64,000 nt of DNA from Candidatus Doudnabacteria bacterium (GTDB lineage Bacteria > Patescibacteriota > Doudnabacteria > UBA920), in NCBI GenBank assembly GCA_963837465.1, contig CAWINB010000001.1, positions 11,915 through 75,914 of the forward strand. The letters run 5' to 3'. Below, piece by piece: positions 1-10,311 of this stretch (its first letter is position 1; each line of letters opens with the position of its first letter). A program made the translations under genes and the position numbers. The notes below the pieces were generated by a model. That model saw only the letters and a list, made by a program, of their open reading frames with translations, was not told where the DNA came from and made no database searches.

Positions 1-1
1 G

Positions 2-292
2 TCCAACCGCGTGCGGACGCTTCTGGAGCACCACTTCGCCCTGGAGAAGGCGTTCCCGGTCAAGAAGCGGCGTGCCCAGGACATCGTCAAGGCGGTGGCC
101 AACCGCGCGGGGATCACCAAGGACGTGAGCCCGCACGTGCTTCGGCATACCTTCGCCACGACAGCCTTGCAGAAGGGCATCAGCCTGGCGACGGTCCAGA
201 AGATCCTGGGCCACGACCGGCTCCAGACGACGGCCATCTACCTCAATTTCACCGACACCCACATCCAGGAGGAGTTCGAGCGGAAGTGGTGA
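2..292 (+). CDS. Tyrosine site-specific recombinase, C-terminal part (5' end off-window). Possibly the TnpI-like resolvase of the transposon.
   Basis: Reading frame open from window start. Motifs HVLRHTFAT and GHDRLQTTAIYLNF (catalytic Tyr region). Confidence 0.7.
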   Translation, partial: SNRVRTLLEHHFALEKAFPVKKRRAQDIVKAVANRAGITKDVSPHVLRHTFATTALQKGISLATVQKILGHDRLQTTAIYLNFTDTHIQEEFERKW

Positions 293-382
293 GGACGAAC
301 CGGAGGAGCGGCCGTCCAGCAAACTCGATGGCCCCGGGTCTGTTATCCGCTCCGTTGCTACCGGAACCGCGAAGGAGCCCGG

Positions 383-3300
383 ATGCCCGTCGATTTTCTG
401 ACCGCGGAGCAGCAGAGGAAGTACGGCCGCTACGCCGGCGAACCCTCGCCCGCCCAACTCGGTCGCTACTTCCATCTCGACGACGCCGATCGCGCGGTGT
501 TGACGACGCGGCGTGGCGATCACAACCGGCTGGGCTTTGCCCTGCAACTGGGAACGGTCCGGTTCCTGGGGACGTTCCTCGACAATCCCACCGAGGTCCC
601 TGGCGCCGTCGTCGCCCATGTCGCCAGGCAGTTGGCGATCACCGACCTGACGTGCCTGAGACGCTACGGCGTCGGCGAGACCCACTGGGACCATGTCAAT
701 GAGATCAAGGCGGCCTATGGTTACCGAGATTTCTCCGACCAGCCCGGCCATTCCCGGCTGATCCGCTGGCTCTATGCCCGCGCCTGGGTCAGCGCCGAGC
801 GGCCCAGCCTGCTGTTCGACCTGGCGACGGCCTGGCTGGTCGAGCGCAAGGTCTTGCTGCCGGGCGTCACCGTCCTGGCACGCGAGGTCGCCCAGGCACG
901 TGATCGGGCGGCGGCCCGCCTCTGGCGTGTCCTCGCCAACGCCCCCAACGCCGGGCAGCGCGAACGGCTGGAGGCGTTGCTGGTCGTGCCCGAAGGTGCC
1001 CGCCAGAGCCATCTGGACCGGCTTCGCCGTGCGCCGACCCGGGTGAGCGGTCCGAGTCTGGTCGCCGCCCTGAGGCGGCTCGAAGAGATCCGCGCCCTGG
1101 GCGTCGCGGAACTCGACCTGTCGCGGGTACCCGCGGGTCGGCTCAAAGCCCTGGCCCGTCATGCCGCCACGTCCTGGGCGGCGGTGATCGCGCGGATGCC
1201 CTCGGACCGGCGGGTCGCCACCCTGCTGGCCTTTGCCCGGGCCTTCGAGGCGACGGCGTTGGACGACGCCTTGGACCTGCTGGACCTGATCATCACGGAT
1301 CTGCTGGCCCAGGCCAAGCTCGCCGGAGAAAAGGAACGACTTCGCACGCTCGGCGATCTGGATACGGCCGCTTTGCAACTCCGCGACGTCTGCACCGTCC
1401 TGCTCGACGAGGCTTGTAGCTCAGCCCGGGTGCGATCCTTGGCCTTCGCACGCGTCCCCAGGCCCCAACTCGCGGAGGCGGTGGCCCTGGTCGAGAGGCT
1501 GGCGCGGCCCCCGGAAGACGACTACCAGAGCGAACTGCTCGATCGTTACCGTCGCGTCCGCCGCTTTTGGCCCTACCTGCTCCGGACCGTCACGTTTCAG
1601 GGCACCCAAGCCGGCCGGCCGCTGACGCACGCGCTGAGCGTCCTGGCCGCTTGGGAGGACCAACGCGAGCCCGATCTCTCCCAAGCCCCCTTGGACGTGG
1701 TGTCGCGTGCCTGGCGGCGATTCGTGATCGGTCCGGACCGGACGATCGACCGCCGCGCCTACACCCTATGCGTGCTGCAGCGGCTCCAGGACGGCCTCCG
1801 CCGTCGCGACGTGTTCGTCGAACGTAGCGAACGCTGGGGCGACCCTCGGGCCAAGCTCTTGCAGGGGACGGAGTGGGAAGCGGCCCGGTCCCAGGTCTGT
1901 CTCAGTTTGGGTCGCCAGGCGACCGCCGCCGCCGAACTGGAATCACTCCGCCGCCAGCTCGACGACGCCTATCGACGGACCGCCGACAATCTCCCGGCCA
2001 ACGAGGCCGTCCGCATCGAGGTCGTCGCGGGGCGCGACTCGCTGACACTGACCCCGCTGGACAAACTGGACGAACCCGCCGGCCTGCGGACGCTCCGCCA
2101 GGCGGTGGCCGATTTGCTCCCACGCGTGGACCTGCCGGACGTCCTCCTGGAAATCCAGGCCAGGACCAACTTCGCCGAGGCGTTCACCCACGTCAGCGAG
2201 GCCGAGGCCCGCGTGACCGATCTGGCGGTCAGCGTTTGCGCGGTGCTGCTGGCCGAGGCCTGCAACATCGGGTTGGAGCCGCTGACCCGCCCCGAGGTCC
2301 CGGCCCTGACCCGCGGTCGACTCGCCTGGGTCCAGCAGAACTACATCCGGGCCGAGACCTTGATCCGCGCCAACGCCCTCCTGGTCGATGCCCAAACCAA
2401 AGATCCCGCTGGCGGGGGCCTGGGGCGGGGGAGAGGTCGCCTCGGCCGACGGCCTGCGTTTCGTGGTACCGGTCCGCACCGTCAACGCCGGGCCCAACAG
2501 CAAGTACTTCGGGGCCGGCCGAGGGATCACCTATTACAACTTCACCTCCGACCAGTTCACCGGGTTCCACGGCATCGTGATCCCCGGCACGCTCCGCGAC
2601 TCGCTGTTCATTCTGGAAGGCTTGTTGGAACAACAGACGAGCCTGCGTCCTCTGGAAATCATGAGCGATACGGCGGGGGCCAGCGACGTGGTCTTCGGCC
2701 TGTTCTGGCTTCTGGGCTACCAGTTCAGCCCCAGGCTGGCCGACGTCGGCGAGGCCCGGTTCTGGCGCATGGACCCCGCCGCCAACCACGGGGCGATGAA
2801 CGGTCTGGCGCGGCACCGAGTCAACACCGAGCTGATCGCCCGGAACTGGGACGACATGCTACGGGTGGCGGGGTCGTTGGCTCGGGGGACCATCAGCGCC
2901 TCGGAGTTGATCGGCTCGCTGCTGCGGAGCAGCCGTCCCTCGACCCTGACGCGGGCGATCGGCGAGTTGGGGCGGGTGGCCAAGACGCTCTACCTGCTGT
3001 CCTACCTCGACGACGAGACTTACCGCCGGCGCATCCTCACGCAGTTGAACCGCGGGGAGAGTCGCCACGGCGTGGCCCGGGCGATCTTCCACGGCCAGCG
3101 CGGCGAAGTCCGCCAACGCTATCGCGAGGGCCAGGAAGACCAACTCGGGGCGTTGGGACTGGTCGTCAACGTGGTGGTGCTCTGGAACACCCTGTACATG
3201 GACGCGGCGCTCGCCCATCTGCGCCGCCAGGACGTCGAGACGAAACCCGAGGATGTCGCCCGCCTCTCCCCCTTGGGGCACGAGAACATCAACTTCTTGG

Positions 3301-3404
3301 GAAGATACTCATTCGCGTTGTCGGAATCCGTCGCCCGCGGCGAGTTGCGACCGTTCCACAACCCGGAGGACGCAGGGAGCCAGGTCGGGCCGAACGCGGC
3401 TTAA
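383..3404 (+). CDS. tnpA: Tn3-family transposase TnpA, split by an apparent 1-bp frameshift near 2395-2405 (N-part 383..~2400, C-part in ORF 2388..3404).
   Basis: N-terminal ~670 aa reads as Tn3 TnpA. C-terminal 338 aa ([22 protein letters not shown] ... YYNFTSDQF ... DDE region) is in the +1 frame. Stop sits immediately before the terminal IR. Confidence 0.85.
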
Positions 3405-3439
3405 CCCGACTTTCTGTTCCGATGATTGTCGGACCCCCC
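3400..3439. repeat. Tn3-family terminal inverted repeat, 40 bp (inner end CTTAAC, outer end a C/G run).
   Basis: Read from the outer end it is GGGGGGTCCGACAATCATCGGAACAGAAAGTCGGGTTAAG, matching the GGGG...TAAG Tn3-family IR pattern. It overlaps the tnpA stop codon. Confidence 0.6.
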
Positions 3440-3540
3440 TGATGGGCCACGAGTCGCTGGAAACCACCCGCCGCTACATCCAGCCCGGCCACGACGACCT
3501 GGCCGCGGCCGTCGAGCGCATCGCCGGCGGGGAGGAGTGA
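3440..3540 (+). pseudogene. 3' remnant (~32 aa) of a second tyrosine recombinase gene, apparently interrupted by the transposon insertion.
   Basis: [33 protein letters not shown] directly abuts the IR. It contains the conserved H-x-x-R...Y C-terminal motif of tyrosine recombinases with no upstream part. Confidence 0.5.
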
Positions 3541-3964
3541 GCGGCGCACGGCGAAACCTTGCGCTAACGACACAACCTCACCTCTGCCGCCCAGGGCCAA
3601 GGGTAGCCAGCGAGGCGCGGAAGCAGCGAACTCGCGAAGAGTTTGTCCATCGCCCTGCGGCATCGCTGCGGCCCTCAACACCCAGGACCACAAGACCCGT
3701 CGCGATTGACCTTAGCTCGCCCGGTAATATTCGACTGGCTTGTGCTCGATACCGGCCCGCCCGCCGGCATCGGTTTCAACACCACCGACCCGACCGTCCC
3801 GGCGCCGATCGCCGCCACGAACCCGCCCCGACCGGCCGGATTCGGCCACCCGGCTCCCGATCGAAGGCCGACGAGCCCACGACGGGCCGGAAACGACCGT
3901 CTGAACCGTTCGGATGAGCTCGCAAGTCGCAAATCGCGCCGACCCGACCCGAAAATCCGGTCGG

Positions 3965-4035
3965 GGCGGTAACGCCTAAAAATGGAGCTTGACCCCATTC
4001 GTTACGCATACTAAAATGCGTAGATTACGCAAATT
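3965..4035. promoter_or_regulatory. AT-rich island with TTACGCA direct/inverted repeats (iteron/operator-like) upstream of the Rep-like gene.
   Basis: TTACGCA at 4002 and 4025, inverted TGCGTAG at 4017, related GTAACGCC at 3969. Low-GC patch inside ~70% GC DNA. Confidence 0.4.
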
Positions 4036-4375
4036 TCCGCAGCGGCGCGGTAGATTAAGACGGCAGAGTCCCGTCAGCAAGCTTAAAAACCCAGAAGTCC
4101 GGGCCGGGCGGATCGTCCCACGAACCCCTTGCATCTGAGCCACCATCACGAGACGATGGGAGGGCACAAACGGAAACGGCCAGGAGCCATCAACTCCCAG
4201 CCGCTCTTGACTCGGTTTCGACCTCATGGGGAGGCCGGCCGATCGCCGTGCGCCCTTAACAGCAGAAGGGACGCAATCGATGACCATCATACACCGCGGG
4301 CCGTCCCCGGGGAAGGGGACGGCCGTTGGGGTTTGCGCACTCAGGCCGGGACTCACCGGCCGGGGAGGTGCACCA

Positions 4376-5086
4376 TGAGTGCATCGGCCCTCTTCGCCAA
4401 GAACGGCGACTTCTACATCCCCGTCACCGTCCAGCTCGCACAGATCCCACGGGGCGACCGCACCGCTGCCTGGCTGGTCTACTCCGCACTGGTCGACAAC
4501 CTCCGGCCCGGACAGACCGTCCTCGGCGAGCGGTTCACCGACCGGGTCCTCCGCCAAAGCCCCTGGCTGCATGGGTACAGTTACCGGTTCGTCCAGAAGG
4601 GGCTCCACGTCCTCGAGCAGTGGGGGATCATCAAACGGGAACGCGGGCACGGCCGACGGATCATCACCTTCACCGGCCGCCTCAGGCCCTCGGGCAAGAC
4701 CGCCAGACCCGAGCCCAAATCCCCCGACAAGCCCAAGCCCAAGCCCAAGCCCGGACCCGCACCAGGACCGGACAGCACGCCCCTGACTCCCGAGCAGATC
4801 GCCGCCGCCGACAGGGCCCTCCAGCAGAAGTATGCCCAGGCCCAGGCCGAGGCTGACGACGACCCCGAGATCCAGGCCCAGGCCGACCAGTGGCGACAGC
4901 GCGGCGCCGAGCTCGCACGAAATGCGCAGCGAGAAGGCCAAAGCCAAGCAGGCCAAGCTCGAGGACCAGGCCCCCAAGAATCCAGAGGCCACCCGGGCCG
5001 AGGTCCAGGCACTCATCGCCGGACTGGCCGCCGCCATGAGGCCTCCCGAGGACCACGGCAAGCCACACGACCCCTCCGGACCCTGA
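4376..5086 (+). CDS. Putative winged-helix DNA-binding protein, possibly a plasmid replication initiator, with Pro/Lys-rich linker and acidic/Gln-rich C-terminus. Possible frameshift near 4920.
   Basis: N-terminal ~100 aa (AAWLVYSALVDNL...YRFVQKGLHVLEQWGIIKRER) looks like a wHTH. The C-terminal part continues in the ORF 4832..5086 frame (EKAKAKQAKLEDQ...). Confidence 0.4.
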
Positions 5087-5289
5087 CCCTCAGGACCAAC
5101 GGGCGATCACCCGAAACGCGACGGCCGCCCACCCCGTAGACGCTAACGCCGAGCCAGCCTGACCGACGTGCACCTATCCGCACGGTCGGTCTTGGTGCCG
5201 CACTCCACTCATGCACACCACCAAACCGCGGTCAACCCATCAACAAATCCATGTTCTTTTCTTTACGACCCATGCTATCGCACCGACGA

Positions 5290-5337
5290 ACGATTGCACC
5301 CACATCAGGGCGCAGGTGCAATCGCACCACGGTGCGG
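5290..5337. promoter_or_regulatory. Inverted repeats GATTGCACC/GGTGCAATC and CGCACC/GGTGCG in a lower-GC patch (candidate operator/origin element).
   Basis: 9-bp perfect IR separated by 15 bp, followed by a second short palindrome. Lies between the Rep-like gene and the par locus. Confidence 0.35.
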
Positions 5338-5879
5338 TTTTCTTAATGGAGTCTATAGCGCAAGACTAAAACCTCACGTCGGCTTGAGGCGGCCTATGGC
5401 CTGCCGACGTGGCGCAGGAGGGAGTCGCGCGAACACCTGGCGAGATGGCGGCAGCCCAGGAAACCCCCGGCCGTCGTGCATCCACGCAATCATGGAAACC
5501 ACTCCCCTGCCCTTCGCCGCCGGCCTGGTTTCCGACGGCCGCGCCCGGCGGCTCCCCAGCCCCGTCCTGGGCCGTGCGGGCGTCGGGCCGAGGGATCGGG
5601 CGGGCGGGCCGGCGGTCGCGGCAGAGACGGGCGGGGAGGGCCATTCCGGAGACGGGACGGCAACGCACCGGAGATCCCCCCTGCCCTGTCTCACCTCGGA
5701 TGGAGTAATGCCGAGTTTCTCGGACCCGGCCGGCCGACACCTCAAACTTACGACGTCATCGGCCAGGGCGTCCCAGGCATATCGACGGCAGCCCGGCCCA
5801 TCATACTCAGAACCCAGAGGACCACGGTTCCATAGACCCTCGGGCCTCAGAGCACATGGGCTCCTGATACCCTGGTTCT

Positions 5880-6600
5880 CGGGACATATCGGCTCAGAGT
5901 TCCTGGAGCCTGAAAGCCTATGAAGCCGCGGGACTTCAGGCTCGGAGGCCTCCCGGCCCGTGAGATTTCAGCCCCATGGGCACGCGAGTCCCCAGGCTCG
6001 TGAGCCCGCGATACCCTGGCCCTCGAGAACGATGGGCTCAGAATTCTTGGAGGCTGAAGGCTCATGAAACCGCGGGATTTCAGGATCGTAAGTCTTTGGG
6101 CCTGCGACCATTTCGGGACCACGGGCGTTCGGGTTCGTGGGATTTCAGGTCCATAGGCCCGCGGCACCGAAGGCTCCAGGGTGAACAATCCCGCGGGCTT
6201 GCGGACTTCTGGGCTCGCAGATCTCTAGGCTCGCGACCCTCTAGGCTCGCGACCTTCTGAGCCCATAGCGCTTCGGGCCTGGGGACCTCTGGGCCCGTGA
6301 GCTTCCGAGCCCATGGGGCTTCGGGCCTGGGAACTTCCACGCCCGCGAGCTTTCAGGACCGTAGACCTTCAGGACCGCAGCCTTCTGGACCCACGAGCTT
6401 CCGAGACCGCAGCGCTTCGAGCCCGAGGACTTCCAGGTCCGCGAGCTTTCAGGACCGTAGACTTTTAGGACCGCAGCCTTCTGGGCTCACGAGTTTCCGG
6501 GACCGCAGAGCTTCGGGTCTGGAGCCTTCCAGGCCCGCGAGCTTCCGGGCCCGCAGCGCTTCGAGCCTGAAACCCCGCGGGCTCCCGGTCCTTCGATGCG
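5880..6600. repeat. Degenerate tandem-repeat array upstream of parA (centromere/parS-like or iteron array).
   Basis: Repeated 12-20 nt submotifs (gagcttccgagc, cttcgggcctgg, ttcaggaccgtagac, ttctgggc). A ~96-bp higher-order unit repeats 2.3x from ~6340 to 6570. A ~140-bp unit occurs at 5891 and 6034. Confidence 0.75.
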
Positions 6601-6659
6601 GAAAGCCTCAAGGCTTGCGGGGTCATAGCCGATGAGGAGACACAGCAGGGAGGTAGGGC

Positions 6660-7478
6660 ATGCGTTCCATCGCGCTGGTGTCCGAAAAAGGCGGGTGCGG
6701 CAAGTCAACGACGGTCCTCAACACGGCGGCCTGCATGGCAGCCGGTGGGCTCCGGGTCCTCGTGGTGGACACGGACCCCCAGGCGAATTCCAGCTACGTC
6801 CTCCTCCGCGGGGAGAAGCCACGCCGGCCGGCGCTCCTGGAGGTTCTCGCGGCCGAGGCGGAGGCCCGGGAGGCCATCGTCCCATCCCCATCCTTCGCAG
6901 GCGTGGACCTCCTGCCGGCGGACCCGACGCTGGCGGACGCCACGGTCATGCTGGCGAACGAGGTGGGACGGGAACGACGCCTCCGCGTGGCGCTCGAGGA
7001 GATCGGGGACGACTACGACATCATCCTCGTGGACACGGCCCCCACGCGGTCGCTCATCACGACGAACGTTCTGAACTTCGCGGAGGAGATCCTGGTCCCG
7101 ATCGCTCCGGGACTCTTCGGCGTCCTCGGCCTCGGCCAGCTCCAGGCGGACGTCGCCCAGGTCCGGCGGTTCCTGGACAACAAGGCCCTCCGCATCGGCG
7201 GGATCCTGCTGACGATGGTGGAGAAGAACAACGTGGCCAAGGACCTCGAAGGGCAGCTCCGCCAGCTCTTCGGCGAGCTCGTCTTCCGGACCAAGATCCC
7301 GCGATCCATCAAGCTCGAAGAGGCGCACTTCCGCCACGAGTCCATTCTGGCCTACGCCCCCCGGAGCGTCGGGGCGGAGGCCTACAAGGCCCTCACGCAG
7401 GAGATCCTGGACCATGGCCGAGAAGAAAACCGGATTGACGGTACCCGCGGGAATCCTTCAACCCACCACGCCGCTTGA
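6660..7478 (+). CDS. parA: ParA/Soj-family partition ATPase.
   Basis: Deviant Walker A VSEKGGCGKST, ParA-like body, 272 aa. 4-nt overlap with the downstream RHH gene. Confidence 0.9.
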   Translation: MRSIALVSEKGGCGKSTTVLNTAACMAAGGLRVLVVDTDPQANSSYVLLRGEKPRRPALLEVLAAEAEAREAIVPSPSFAGVDLLPADPTLADATVMLANEVGRERRLRVALEEIGDDYDIILVDTAPTRSLITTNVLNFAEEILVPIAPGLFGVLGLGQLQADVAQVRRFLDNKALRIGGILLTMVEKNNVAKDLEGQLRQLFGELVFRTKIPRSIKLEEAHFRHESILAYAPRSVGAEAYKALTQEILDHGREENRIDGTRGNPSTHHAA

Positions 7479-7746
7479 AGACCCATCGGCCGAGGAAGGG
7501 CAGGGGGACGGCCCCGCCCGGGACGAGGGCCAGGAATCCCGAGCGGCCTCCAAGGCGGCCCGGAAAAATAAGGTCACGGACAAGGCCAGCTCCGGGAAGG
7601 TCGAAGGGCGGCGGCTCTACCTGTCGGAAGGCGTCCACTTCCGGCTCCGGCTTTATGCCTACCAGCGCGGTCAGAAACTCTCCGACGCGGCGGAGGAACT
7701 CCTCGACCGGTCCTTGCCGAAATGGGACGTCAGCCGGGTAGGGTAG
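7414..7746 (+). CDS. Ribbon-helix-helix (CopG/ParG-like) small DNA-binding protein, probable centromere-binding partner of ParA.
   Basis: Disordered acidic/basic N-terminus then an RHH-type C-terminal domain (GRRLYLSEGVHFRLRLYAYQRGQKLSDAAEELLDRSLP). Start overlaps parA 3' end. Confidence 0.65.
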   Translation: MAEKKTGLTVPAGILQPTTPLEDPSAEEGQGDGPARDEGQESRAASKAARKNKVTDKASSGKVEGRRLYLSEGVHFRLRLYAYQRGQKLSDAAEELLDRSLPKWDVSRVG

Positions 7747-7855
7747 GGCGGGGGGAGAACCCCCTCCTCAGAACCGGCATCACCCGGAGAGTCGGGCGAG
7801 GCCGGAACGCCGTAGGGCAGGGGAGGCTGCCAAGGACAACCCAGGAGGCCGCGTG

Positions 7856-8303
7856 ATGAGCAAGCGGGACGAATCGAGGAAAGCCTCTCGGGAGGTCGCT
7901 TTGGAGTCGATGGGATGTCCCCAGGCCGTCGTCAACGAGAAGGGCAAGGGCCGCAAGCTGACGCTGCCCGACAGCGTCTTCGACCGGCTGGTGCTCACGG
8001 CGATCCAGCGCGGGTACACCGCCTCGGCGATCGCCGCGGAGATCCTCGACCGGAACCTGCCAGGCTCCGAATCGCCAGCGATGAATAAGCCAGGGCCGAG
8101 AAAGCTTCAGCGCAGCCAGGCGCATCCGGGGCCGGACGATCTACCTGCCGGACGACCTGTTCGAGCGGATCCTGGTCCAGGCCCATCGCCGCGACCGGAC
8201 CATCAGCGAGTACATCGCCGGCATCCTCGAGCGCCAGGTCCCCGACCACCGGATCGCCCGCGCCGAGCCGGCCAGCGAGTCGACCGAGGCCGGGACGGCG
8301 TAG
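7856..8303 (+). CDS. Protein with two tandem RHH domains, paralogous to the ParG-like protein. Apparent 1-bp frameshift near 8135 (ccggggcc run).
   Basis: RHH1 = GRKLTLPDSVFDRLVLTAIQRGYTASAIAAEILDRNLP. RHH2 = GRTIYLPDDLFERILVQAHRRDRTISEYIAGILERQVP in the -1 frame. Both align to the ParG RHH. Confidence 0.5.
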
Positions 8304-8436
8304 GTCCTGTGGGGCAGGGGAGGGCCCTGATGGTCGAGAATGCGTGCTATTGGAGTTCATTTTTTTCGTTGCAGTTCCCCACAAGACGTGCAATAATCCC
8401 TCGGTAGTTCTTGTTATTCACCGAGGAATCATTGCA

Positions 8437-9045
8437 ATGGCCGAGCCGGCCACCAAGATGAAAGCGGCGTTGGAGCTGGTCCGCGAGCAAGGGATGCTCC
8501 GGCCCCGCGACCTGTCCCGGCGCGACATCCCGCCCGACTACCTGGACCGCCTCTACCGGCTCGGGCGGGTCAACCGCGTCGCGCGGGGCCTCTACGCCTG
8601 GCCGGATGCCGAGGTGGGCGAGCACCATAGCCTCGCCGAGGCCGCGCGCCTCGTCCCCGCGGGGGTTGTCTGCCTCCTGTCGGCGCTGCGGTTCCACCGG
8701 CTGACCACCCAGTCACCCCGCGAGGTGTGGCTCACCCTCCCGAGCAAGGCGTGGGCCCCGAAGCTCGAGTACCCGAGGCTCCGGATCATCCGGGCCGGCG
8801 GCCCGGCGCTGACGGCGATGGTCGAGGAACACCGGATCGAAGGGGTCCCCGTGCGGATCTACGCGCCGGCCAAGACGGTGGCCGATTGCTTCAAGCATCG
8901 CAGCAAGGTCGGGCTGGACGTGGCCCTCGAAGCCCTCCGCGACGCCTTCCGGGGACGGAAGGCGACGATGGACGAGCTGTGGGCCGCGGCCCGCGTCTGC
9001 CGGATGGAGAACGTGATGCGGCCCTACCTGGAGTCCCTGGTATGA
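8437..9045 (+). CDS. abiEi: AbiEi-family antitoxin / transcriptional regulator (type IV TA system).
   Basis: LLSALRFHRLTTQSP...RIYAPAKTVADCFKHRSKVGLDVALEAL pattern typical of AbiEi. ATGA overlap with the downstream nucleotidyltransferase gene. Confidence 0.8.
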   Translation: MAEPATKMKAALELVREQGMLRPRDLSRRDIPPDYLDRLYRLGRVNRVARGLYAWPDAEVGEHHSLAEAARLVPAGVVCLLSALRFHRLTTQSPREVWLTLPSKAWAPKLEYPRLRIIRAGGPALTAMVEEHRIEGVPVRIYAPAKTVADCFKHRSKVGLDVALEALRDAFRGRKATMDELWAAARVCRMENVMRPYLESLV

Positions 9046-9963
9046 CGCGGGGGAATCCGAAGGACATGGCGGCCTCGGTGCGACAGCGGCTGCTCAACCT
9101 CAGCCGCCAATCGGGGGAGGACTTCCAGCGGCTGCTGACCCGGTATGGGATGGAGCGGTTCCTCGACCGGCTGTCCCGCTCGGAGCACGCCCCGCGGTTC
9201 GTGCTCAAAGGGGCCCTGCTGTTCGCGCTCTGGACGGGCGAGCTCCTCCGGCCGACGCGGGACCTCGATCTGCTGGGATTCGGCGACAGCAGCGCCGAGG
9301 GCATCGCCGAGGTCTTCCGATCGCTCTGCGCCTGGAAGTGGCGGACGACGGGCTGGTGTTCTCCGCCGAGACGGTGTCCGTCGAGCCGATCCGCGAGGAT
9401 CAGGAATACGGCGGCCAGCGGGTGAAATTCGAGGCGCGCTCGGGCAAGCCCGGATCGACCTCCAGGTCGACATCGGCTTCGGGGACGCGATCACGCCGGG
9501 GGCGGAGTCCGTCGCATACCCGACGCTGCTGGGCATGGAACCGCCGCGGCTCCGCGCCTACCCGCGCGAGACGGTGGTGGCGGAGAAGCTCGAGGCGCTG
9601 GTGAAGTTGGGGATGGCCAACAGCCGGATGAAGGACTTCTTCGACCTGGCCGTCCTGGGCCGGTCGTTCGCGTTCCAGGGCCCGGTCCTACGGGATGCGA
9701 TCGTCGCGACGTTCCGGCGCCGGGGGACGGCGGTCCCGACGGAGCTGCCGATCGCCCTGGGCGATGCCTTCGCCAAGGATGGGGCGAAGCTGGTGCAATG
9801 GAAGGCGTTCGTGAGCCGCAATGGCCTGGAGGGGAGGGCAGGGGATCTGGGGCAGGTGGTTGGCGAACTGGTCGGGTTCCTCGGCCCGCCGCTGATCGCG
9901 GCAGCGAAGGGAGAGGGGTTCGAGTGGCGGTGGGAACCGGCCGGTCCGTGGCAGCGGGCATGA
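9042..9963 (+). pseudogene. abiEii: AbiEii/AbiGii-family nucleotidyltransferase toxin (DUF1814), split across three frames by two 1-bp indels (~9335 and ~9445).
   Basis: GMERFLDRLSRSEHAPRFVLKGALLFALWTGELLRPTRDLDLLGF... continues as LEVADDGLVFSAETVSVEPIRE... and then ARIDLQVDIGFGDAITPG...MKDFFDL in shifted frames. Confidence 0.8.
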
Positions 9964-10019
9964 ACGGTCCACAAGCACCCGGATAGTGAAGGCATCGCAT
10001 CCCCGCCGGCCCGGTTGGG

Positions 10020-10095
10020 ACATCGCGGCCCGTCCGTCAGCCGGGCAGGGGAACCCGTCCGGCCCGGGCTCGCTTCGTCACCCGGATCCGGGCCG
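10020..10095. repeat. ~75-bp direct repeat, copy 1 (module boundary; possible promoter/regulatory element).
   Basis: atcgcggcccgtccgtcagccgggcagggg...gtccggcccgggctcgcttcgtcacccggatccgggccgggccgcc recurs at 11297-11375. Confidence 0.6.
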
Positions 10096-10311
10096 GGCCG
10101 CCGCGGACGGAGCGGTCGCGGCCCCGGGCGATGTCGCCCCGCTCGTCCAGCGGGATGTTCCGTCGAGGCCCTTGAGATCAGGGGGATTTCCCGGGGAAAC
10201 ACCCAACGCGGGCCGTCCGGTGGGAGACGGTCTTGCGGGCCACGGCCGGATCGAACAGGATGGCTGTCAGGGCAGAAACCGCGGCCCCATTCCGGAGACG
10301 GAGCAAACCCC

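Larger units (their letters stand above)
1..3439 (+). mobile_element. Right-hand portion of a Tn3-family transposon (tyrosine-recombinase gene + tnpA + terminal IR). Left end is off-window.
   Basis: Recombinase C-terminus, Tn3-type TnpA and a 40-bp IR directly after the tnpA stop. TnpI-upstream-of-TnpA layout as in Tn4430-like elements. Confidence 0.6.

Noticed and set aside
293-382. Left terminal IR of the Tn3-family element just upstream of tnpA
   Set aside because: The sequence (ggccccgggtctgttatccgctccgttgctaccggaacc) only weakly resembles the right IR. In Tn3-family elements the second IR lies beyond tnpR/tnpI and res, so it should be off-window.
3976-5061. 361-aa minus-strand ORF (and many other long ORFs in all frames across 400-18500, e.g. 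9986..11392, 9558..10493, 15325..16104, 16180..17403, 17710..18540)
   Set aside because: Expected stop-codon-poor frames in ~70% GC DNA. Low-complexity Arg/Pro/Gly/Ala-rich translations that overlap better-supported genes on the other strand or frame.
5880-6600. CRISPR array
   Set aside because: The repeats are degenerate and directly abutting with no unique spacers of regular length. No cas genes are nearby. An iteron/centromere-like array fits better.
5847-6635. ORFs 5847..6188(-), 5976..6260(+), 6080..6340(-), 6297..6635(+) with repetitive translations
   Set aside because: They simply translate the degenerate tandem-repeat array. Periodic SFRDRRASG / PRTRVSGAH peptides do not amount to coding evidence.
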